From the UHGV virus genome UHGV-1298062: a stretch of 14,957 nt of DNA, one strand, 5' to 3'. The translations under genes and the position numbers were made by a program. Source of the DNA: a virus. Under the pieces are notes generated by a model. It saw only the letters and a program-made list of their open reading frames with translations, had not been told where the DNA came from and ran no database searches. Position 1 is the stretch's first letter; each line of letters opens with the position of its first letter. Shown one piece after another: positions 1-5,219 of the stretch.

Positions 1-86
1 GAAGCTCTACACTTTGAGCCTGTAAAATTGATTAAAAACTTATGTGTAAAATAGAACGCATTAGTCAGTAGCTAAGAGATGCAATA

Positions 87-854
87 ATGGACGATTTATC
101 GGTATACGCGAGATCATTGGATAAGGCTAAATACTATGTTTACTGTCTCTATGATACAGAAGACAAGATGAAAAGACCGTTTTACATAGGAAAAGGCAAA
201 TCGACTCGTTGTCTCGATCACATCAAGTATCCCGATGACTCTCCCAAATCCATGCGGATCAAAGAACTTTTGGCTAATAAAAAATTAGGCATAGATATTC
301 TTCGTCATGGTATGGATGAAACCACAGCCAAACTTGTTGAGGCGACATGCATCGACCTTATGGGGGTCGGAGAGCTTACGAATAAGGTACGAGGAAGTGG
401 TTCCATGATGGGCAGAATATCACTGGACGCCTACCATCACTTAGTGCTGCAAGAGGAAACTGAAATTGCTCCTGAGCACGCCGGTCTTGCCTTCCTGCTA
501 AACAGCACCTACAAGTCAGGAATGTCCGCTCTGGCATTATATGAAGCTACGCGTGGCGTATGGGCAAAGGTTCCAAGAGACGAGAATCTCAAATATGCCT
601 ACGCTACATATGGGGGCCTGATAATGGAAGTTTATCAGATTGAATGCTGGGTCAAAGCCGGTTCTCAGCAGTACTTTACAAGGGATATAGCTCTTGGCCC
701 CGACACAAAACGTTATGAATTTGTTGGCAGAATAGCCGATGAGCATATCAGAAAACTGTATGTAGGCAAATTAATCAAGAAGCCACCAAGCTACGGCAGC
801 CCTTTTGTGAAGGTTGGGGTGGTTAGGAATGAACATAGTGTTAGCGCGGCATAA
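87..854 (+). CDS. GIY-YIG-like nuclease domain protein with uncharacterised C-terminal domain
   Basis: ATG at 87 with AAGAG 8 nt upstream; 255 codons. N-terminal ~95 aa shows a GIY-YIG-like pattern (YVYCLYD ... FYIGKGK ... R..DH, then candidate catalytic E and N further on). C-terminal ~150 aa has no motif I can assign. Followed by the hairpin terminator at 870-908. Confidence 0.6.
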   Translation: MDDLSVYARSLDKAKYYVYCLYDTEDKMKRPFYIGKGKSTRCLDHIKYPDDSPKSMRIKELLANKKLGIDILRHGMDETTAKLVEATCIDLMGVGELTNKVRGSGSMMGRISLDAYHHLVLQEETEIAPEHAGLAFLLNSTYKSGMSALALYEATRGVWAKVPRDENLKYAYATYGGLIMEVYQIECWVKAGSQQYFTRDIALGPDTKRYEFVGRIADEHIRKLYVGKLIKKPPSYGSPFVKVGVVRNEHSVSAA

Positions 855-869
855 AGCTGACACTGTACT

Positions 870-908
870 TATGCATTGGCGCGTACATTGCGCCAATGCA
901 TAATTTTT
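870..908. terminator. Rho-independent terminator hairpin between convergent genes
   Basis: Perfect 13-bp inverted repeat tatgcattggcgc / gcgccaatgcata (870-882 and 890-902) with 7-nt loop, followed on the + strand by ATTTTT (903-908). Lies between the gene ending at 854 (+) and the gene ending at 907 (-). The T-tract is only on the + side, so it mainly terminates the + strand gene. Confidence 0.55.
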
Positions 909-1266
909 AACCTTTCTTCATCAACTCTCGTTTGATTTCATCGGTACGCATCGTGACATCGGCAGCTGTGATCGCCTCGTTAAGTTTCACGATGTCCTCG
1001 ATTTCCTGCGGTGACTTCTCTGCCAGATGGAAAATGGCTGCGCGAATCACGTCAGAACGGGTGAACTTCTCGAAACGAGGGATGAACTTCATCATTTCCA
1101 GCAGTTCGAAGTATTCGTCCTCCAGTGACATTGTGCGGCTTTTAATTTTCTCTTTGCCACGAGTCGGGCGTCCCTGTGGTCTGACTGGTTGGCGCAAAGG
1201 AGTTGTGTTCTTGGCCGGTGCATCAGGCTCTTTGCGCTTTGCTAGGTCACCCATTTTCATGGACAT
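907..1266 (-). CDS. small partner protein of the ParA-like ATPase (ParG/ParB-like, putative DNA-binding adaptor)
   Basis: ATG at 1266 overlaps the stop of the upstream ATPase gene (TAATG), implying translational coupling. 119 aa with a basic, Pro-rich N-terminal tail and a C-terminal region consistent with strand-helix-helix. Assignment is by position and size relative to a small ParA, not by a diagnostic motif. Confidence 0.5.
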   Translation of the reverse strand: MSMKMGDLAKRKEPDAPAKNTTPLRQPVRPQGRPTRGKEKIKSRTMSLEDEYFELLEMMKFIPRFEKFTRSDVIRAAIFHLAEKSPQEIEDIVKLNEAITAADVTMRTDEIKRELMKKG

Positions 1267-1934
1267 TATTCTTCTTCCTCCAGACTCAACAGATAATCTA
1301 CAAATTCTTCAAACTCGGCTTCCGCCTTTTTGTCGCGCTCGCTACCGGTCATTTCAAAGATAGAACGACCAGACTCTTCCGCATCATCATAGACGTTGCG
1401 GTTATATAAATTGACTGGCGCAGACTCGATGCCAAACGTCTCGACAATCTCTTTAGCCGCCAAAATGCGAGACACTTGTGATGGCAAAGCCGGGCACTGG
1501 TTCATGACCGCGCGGACCTTCACTTTATCGTTTACATTACGAACATTGTCGATAATAGGATCGATGTCACGCAGAGATTTCAAATCACGACGCTTAGGAC
1601 GAAGCGGGATAATGATAACGTCGGCCATCAGCATCGCTTGTCGCTGAATTTCGGAGTCAAAGCCACCAGCATCTACCACTACAAACTCAGCTCTACCCTG
1701 AAGCGATTTTAGGTGCTTAATGATGTCATCCTGAACGTATGCAAAAGGAATCAGCTCAAGGTCTTCGTTCTGTCGACGGTCTTCACACCAGCTTGTTGTC
1801 GTGCGCTGAATATCTATATCAGTGATATAAACCTTCTTCTTCTTTTTGACTTTCAGGCAAACGGCAATTTGCTGGGCAACAGTGGATTTGCCAGGCCCGC
1901 CCTTTGTGCCGCCAACCACAAAGATCTTGGTCAT
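1266..1934 (-). CDS. ParA/Soj-family ATPase (small, deviant Walker A; type Ib partition-like)
   Basis: ATG at 1934 with GGGAA 7 nt upstream; 222 aa. Deviant Walker A KGGPGKST near the N-terminus (VVGGTKGGPGKST). Its length and lack of an N-terminal HTH extension are typical of ParF-like small ParA proteins. Confidence 0.8.
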   Translation of the reverse strand: MTKIFVVGGTKGGPGKSTVAQQIAVCLKVKKKKKVYITDIDIQRTTTSWCEDRRQNEDLELIPFAYVQDDIIKHLKSLQGRAEFVVVDAGGFDSEIQRQAMLMADVIIIPLRPKRRDLKSLRDIDPIIDNVRNVNDKVKVRAVMNQCPALPSQVSRILAAKEIVETFGIESAPVNLYNRNVYDDAEESGRSIFEMTGSERDKKAEAEFEEFVDYLLSLEEEE

Positions 1935-2080
1935 TGGAGAGTTCCCTTTGCGTATATAATTATCGTCTGAAACAACTTGTTTTCTTATATGTGATATAGC
2001 CTAAATGCCTACGGCTGCGGTGTAAAGGTTATTTAGTAGGTTGTTATTGCCTATTGCTAGTAACTGTTTTCATTTGTCTG

Positions 2081-2109
2081 TTGAAAAAAGTGACAATCAT
2101 CTCTATATT
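2081..2109 (+). promoter_or_regulatory. candidate sigma70 promoter for the toxin-antitoxin operon
   Basis: TTGAAA (2081-2086), 17-nt spacer, TATATT (2104-2109) on the + strand in the divergent intergenic region, about 145 nt upstream of the antitoxin ATG. Read by eye, not scored. Confidence 0.4.
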
Positions 2110-2113
2110 ACGA

Positions 2114-2132
2114 GTACGGTAAATTGCCGTAC
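2114..2132. promoter_or_regulatory. inverted repeat GTACGG-N7-CCGTAC just downstream of the candidate -10 (possible operator)
   Basis: Perfect 6-bp arms at 2114-2119 and 2127-2132, placed around the inferred transcription start of the candidate promoter. Confidence 0.3.
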
Positions 2133-2214
2133 ACAATTTGATGACACATACGCAATGGGCTATAGCCCAGTTAAATAACCTTTGAGTCGAAAACTCAGTT
2201 TAAATAGAGAGCAA

Positions 2215-2243
2215 TGATGGCCTTCCTACATCACCGGCCATCA
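2215..2243. promoter_or_regulatory. inverted repeat TGATGGCC-N13-GGCCATCA adjacent to the antitoxin ribosome-binding site (candidate operator)
   Basis: Perfect 8-bp arms at 2215-2222 and 2236-2243, ending 10 nt before the antitoxin ATG at 2254 and overlapping the GGGGG Shine-Dalgarno region. Type II TA operons are usually autoregulated through palindromes at this position. Confidence 0.4.
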
Positions 2244-2253
2244 GGGGGTACAC

Positions 2254-2523
2254 ATGTCCGCACTGAAAAAGCAGCGCATCGATTTGAGATTAACCGATGA
2301 CGATAAAAGCATCATCGAGGAAGCTGCCGCAATGTCTAACCAGAGCATTACCCAGTTCATGGTTAGCAGTGCATCCGAACGTGCCGTGAAGGTGATAGAG
2401 CAACACCGTAGACTGGTTCTAAGTGAAGAGTCCTGGAATCTGGTTATGGATGCTATAAGCAATCCTCCGGCACCGAACGACAAGCTGAAACGAGCTGCCA
2501 ATCGTCTGAAAAGCATGGAGTAA
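2254..2523 (+). CDS. DUF1778-type ribbon-helix-helix antitoxin (AtaR/TacA/KacA family)
   Basis: ATG 2254 with GGGGG 5 nt upstream; 89 aa. The sequence (MSALKKQRIDLRLTDDDKSIIEEAAA...QFMVSSASERA...) matches my recollection of antitoxins paired with GNAT toxins. Only 8 nt separate it from the toxin gene. Confidence 0.82.
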   Translation: MSALKKQRIDLRLTDDDKSIIEEAAAMSNQSITQFMVSSASERAVKVIEQHRRLVLSEESWNLVMDAISNPPAPNDKLKRAANRLKSME

Positions 2524-2530
2524 TTTACTC

Positions 2531-3052
2531 GTGAGCAATACGACGATCGAGATTTTCTCTGGAGAGAACGATTATGATCTAAACGGTTTTGATTGCGGCG
2601 AAGAGTCACTAAACGCATTTTTGACCAACCACTTAAAAAGACAGCATGAAGGAAAAATTCTTCGCGCTTATGTGCTTTGCACTAAAGAAGAAATACCAAA
2701 GGTATTAGGTTATTACACTTTGTCAGGCAGCTGCTTTGAGAAAGAAACCTTACCTTCAAAGAGTCAGCAAAAGAAAGTGCCTTATCGGCATGTCCCAAGT
2801 ATCACTTTAGGCAGACTGGCTTTGGACAAATCTCTTCAAGGTCAGGGGCTTGGCTCAATGCTTGTAACTCACGCAATGCGTGTTGTGTACAATGCATCTC
2901 TTGCGGTAGGCATTCATGGGCTTTTCGTTGAGGCGTTGAACGATAAAGCCAGAGCGTTTTATAAAAGTTTGGGCTTTATCCAGCTGGTTGGTAACAACGA
3001 TCGTTCTTTGTTCTATCCAACAAAATCTATCGAAAAATTGTTCGAAGAATAA
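2531..3052 (+). CDS. GNAT-family acetyltransferase toxin (AtaT/TacT/KacT-like, tRNA-acetylating type)
   Basis: GTG 2531 is the only in-frame start, with GGAG 10 nt upstream; 173 aa. GNAT signature including the acetyl-CoA-binding block LQGQGLGSMLV. Conserved blocks (FDCGEE.LN.FL, ILRAY.LC, LGYYTL.GSCFE, PS.TLGRLA.D.SLQGQG, GIHGLFVEALN.KA..FYKSLGF) match tRNA-acetylating toxins as I recall them. Confidence 0.82.
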   Translation: MSNTTIEIFSGENDYDLNGFDCGEESLNAFLTNHLKRQHEGKILRAYVLCTKEEIPKVLGYYTLSGSCFEKETLPSKSQQKKVPYRHVPSITLGRLALDKSLQGQGLGSMLVTHAMRVVYNASLAVGIHGLFVEALNDKARAFYKSLGFIQLVGNNDRSLFYPTKSIEKLFEE

Positions 3053-3084
3053 TGTGTCCCCCTCATTTGAGGGGAACTTCGACA

Positions 3085-3288
3085 TCACCAACCGCAAACT
3101 CTCTCTCCCATCGTATTGTGAAAAAGGATTTGGCGTTCGGTTTCTTCGGTCATTACATCGTCATTGCTGATATAAATAGGTTCAGCGCCATCGCAGAACA
3201 ACACGCTGGTGGTCTGTGGCTTAATTGCGCACCCACTTATCATGCAGCTCACGATGAATGGCAGAAGCATCTTTCTGACGTATTTCAC
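3085..3288 (-). CDS. outer-membrane lipoprotein, o-spanin (Rz1)-like, overlapping the 3' end of the upstream gene
   Basis: 67 aa from GTG 3288 (alternative ATG at 3270). n-region MKYVRK, hydrophobic core, lipobox ISGC with Ala at +2 (outer-membrane sorting under Lol rules). Overlaps gene 3221-3472 by 68 nt in another frame. Not proline-rich, unlike lambda Rz1. Confidence 0.5.
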   Translation of the reverse strand: MKYVRKMLLPFIVSCMISGCAIKPQTTSVLFCDGAEPIYISNDDVMTEETERQILFHNTMGERVCGW

Positions 3289-3472
3289 TGTTCATCTCAT
3301 TCACCACTTCCACTGTGCTTTGAAGACGCTTGTTATCTTCCCGCCGTTCTTTCTCTTCCATACTGCGTCTGGCCATATACCCGCCATAGGAGTATGCGCC
3401 GACAAGGACTAGAATGACGGCGGCCAGAGTGAACAAAGCGGATTTCATTTTGAACAACAGGCCGTCGAACAT
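3221..3472 (-). CDS. small inner-membrane protein with N-terminal TM helix and charged coiled-coil tail (i-spanin/Rz-like, unusually short)
   Basis: ATG 3472 lies 2 nt after the stop of the upstream gene; 83 aa. Hydrophobic segment SALFTLAAVILVLVGAYSYGG, then a highly charged helical tail (RRSMEEKERREDNKRLQ...). Confidence 0.55.
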   Translation of the reverse strand: MFDGLLFKMKSALFTLAAVILVLVGAYSYGGYMARRSMEEKERREDNKRLQSTVEVVNEMNSEIRQKDASAIHRELHDKWVRN

Positions 3473-3474
3473 AC

Positions 3475-4167
3475 TTACACTAATCCTTTCTGGTGCTTGC
3501 GAACCTGGGACCAGGCAATGAATGCTGCCACAAGAATGGTAGCTACGCCAAAGATGATGCGTACCGTATCTCCACTGGAGATATTGCCTTGCGCTTTATC
3601 CATTGCGGCAGAAACTTGAGGCATAACGTCAGCAATTTGTGCAAGGCCAATACCTGCAGTGACTGTAGCACCTGTGGTTTCTTTTGTTACAGGAACGGCT
3701 TTTACAGCCTTTACCGGTTTGACAATGCCGGCACGTCGCAGACCTTCTTCGATAAGTTCTGGTGTATACCAGCTATTGGGGGTTTTCAGCGGACCTCGGC
3801 CATTTTCATGTCTAATGATCGCCTCTACCAGCGGTCTTAAGGTCTCGTAGTCATGCAGATCGATAATCATATCTGGTGCTACTCCAACGGCTTTGGATAC
3901 CTCGTTCACATAAGCCAAAGTGTTGTTCTCATGTGGAGGCGCCCAGCGTTCGATGACTTCGCGGATCGTATCAATGCTGGAGCCATCTTTTGCGCGGCGC
4001 TTGTCGTGGTAAGTAATGAGTGTCACTGCCAAAGCCCGAATCCCCCACACGGGGTCTTTGAACGTGCAGAAACGCGGTTCTGAAGAGTTGTTGACTAAGC
4101 CCTGCCACGGCGCTCCTTTATCAAGATTACCGGGGTTGTTATTACGAATGCCTCTCGGAGTTTTCAT
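3475..4167 (-). CDS. tail-anchored membrane protein with unassigned N-terminal domain (RNNNPGN block) and C-terminal TM helix
   Basis: Preferred start ATG 4167 (AGGAG 7 nt upstream); the ORF extends to an ATG at 4194. 230 aa, no N-terminal signal peptide. N-terminal ~150 aa globular domain (GIRNNNPGNL...W.G..., HENGRG), Lys/Val/Thr-rich linker, C-terminal hydrophobic helix IIFGVATILVAAFIAWSQV followed by RKHQK. Confidence 0.7.
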   Translation of the reverse strand: MKTPRGIRNNNPGNLDKGAPWQGLVNNSSEPRFCTFKDPVWGIRALAVTLITYHDKRRAKDGSSIDTIREVIERWAPPHENNTLAYVNEVSKAVGVAPDMIIDLHDYETLRPLVEAIIRHENGRGPLKTPNSWYTPELIEEGLRRAGIVKPVKAVKAVPVTKETTGATVTAGIGLAQIADVMPQVSAAMDKAQGNISSGDTVRIIFGVATILVAAFIAWSQVRKHQKGLV

Positions 4168-4180
4168 CCTTGATCTCCTG

Positions 4181-4504
4181 TTATTGCAATCCATTTTTTA
4201 CGCCATACGCGGCCAATCCTAAAAGCAGTACGGTAATAATGAACGACGTTATTTTCGAAACAATGCCGCCAAAGAACCCACTGGAGATGGTGTCGAGCCG
4301 GTTAAGAAGTTTGTCCAGATTGGAGTGCTGAATGCTGTGTTGTGCGGGCGTCATATCGCCAAAGTAGGTTTTGAGCTGGTCATTGACCTCCTGACCAATT
4401 TCCTCGCGTATTTCTTTACCTAATTTGCCTACGACTTCCCGAGCAACGATTGAGGCGATGCGCTCAACCTGTTCAGTTGTGACTCCCGCCATCTCGTTCG
4501 ACAT
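4181..4504 (-). CDS. small tail-anchored membrane protein (charged soluble N-terminal region, single C-terminal TM helix); holin-like or regulatory
   Basis: Preferred start ATG 4504 (GGAGGA 5 nt upstream); the ORF extends to an ATG at 4516. 107 aa; C-terminal helix ITSFIITVLLLGLAAYGV. A 13-nt gap containing the next gene's RBS separates it from 3475-4167. Confidence 0.65.
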   Translation of the reverse strand: MSNEMAGVTTEQVERIASIVAREVVGKLGKEIREEIGQEVNDQLKTYFGDMTPAQHSIQHSNLDKLLNRLDTISSGFFGGIVSKITSFIITVLLLGLAAYGVKNGLQ

Positions 4505-4540
4505 GTTTTCCTCCATGAAAAGTCAAATCGGGATGGCGTG

Positions 4541-4549
4541 TTTATATCA
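4541..4549 (-). promoter_or_regulatory. candidate extended -10 element (TGATATAAA) for the membrane-module operon
   Basis: Minus strand reads TGATATAAA (complement of 4541-4549), about 25-35 nt upstream of the first in-frame ATGs of gene 4181-4504. No convincing -35 hexamer. Confidence 0.35.
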
Positions 4550-4564
4550 TATTTTAACCATTTG

Positions 4565-4588
4565 TAGTAGGTATGTACTTACCTACTA
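4565..4588. promoter_or_regulatory. perfect palindrome tagtaggta-N6-tacctacta upstream of the membrane-module operon (candidate activator or repressor site)
   Basis: 9-bp arms at 4565-4573 and 4580-4588 with 6-nt spacer tgtact. Centre lies about 42 bp upstream of the start site inferred from the extended -10. The core is shared with motifs at 7978-7997 and 14787-14802. Confidence 0.4.
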
Positions 4589-4637
4589 TATATCTTGCAA
4601 ACTAATCGTTGTTAATAATGCAGATATAATCTGCCCC

Positions 4638-5219
4638 TTACTCTGCTGGTATTGTTGGCCAGTCAATATCCGGTGCCGTTGATGTGTCAATGCGGTTCAA
4701 TAAAACTCTATACTTCTTCCATGCAGTCAGCAACGATGCTTCTTCCTCCGTTGCAATCTCCAAATCTACAGCATCCTGAAGTGGCGCAATGTGCTCGCTG
4801 GCTACCTGCATCAGACTTTTTTTTGTTTCTTCCGCTTCCCGTACCTGAAACAATTTTTCTGTTTCCTCATCCTTCTCCCAGGATGTGCCGTCCCACTTCT
4901 GATATTCCCCATCCGGTGATAACCAGGTGACATTTTCCGGTAATGGCCCAAGTTCAGAAATAAACAACGCGTCCCCTGATTCCACGTCATAGACCGTTTT
5001 ACCCCTGTGGTCTTCAACGAGACTCCATGATTTATTTTCGCTGTTGAATACGGCCACGAAGCCTGCCGGAATATCTGGCGGTGCAATATCGGTACTGTTT
5101 GCTGGCAGACCTGTATAAGGCGGAATATATGCGTCACCTTCACCAATAAATTCATTAGTTCCGGCCAGCAGATTATAAATTTTTATGGTCCGTGGTTGTT
5201 CACTCATTCTGAATGCCAT
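4638..5219 (-). CDS. tfa: tail fibre assembly protein Tfa (lambda Tfa-like)
   Basis: 193 aa. Matches phage lambda Tfa along its whole length as I recall it ([34 protein letters not shown]...[14 protein letters not shown]). ATG 5219 overlaps the stf stop (TAATG). Confidence 0.9.
   Translation of the reverse strand: MAFRMSEQPRTIKIYNLLAGTNEFIGEGDAYIPPYTGLPANSTDIAPPDIPAGFVAVFNSENKSWSLVEDHRGKTVYDVESGDALFISELGPLPENVTWLSPDGEYQKWDGTSWEKDEETEKLFQVREAEETKKSLMQVASEHIAPLQDAVDLEIATEEEASLLTAWKKYRVLLNRIDTSTAPDIDWPTIPAE

Noticed and set aside
932-1363. 143-aa + strand ORF
   Set aside because: Antisense to the coupled ParA-partner genes, with no start context and no recognisable features.
907-2253. N15-type linear phage-plasmid arrangement (sop genes next to a telomere resolution site)
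   Set aside because: The ATPase is a small type Ib ParA rather than a large SopA-type protein; the palindromes at 2114-2168 do not resemble the long telRL-type palindrome as I recall it, and no protelomerase gene is in the window.
3052-3417. 121-aa + strand ORF (also 3209-3412 and 3493-3850)
   Set aside because: Antisense to the tightly coupled membrane-module genes; no RBS and no features.
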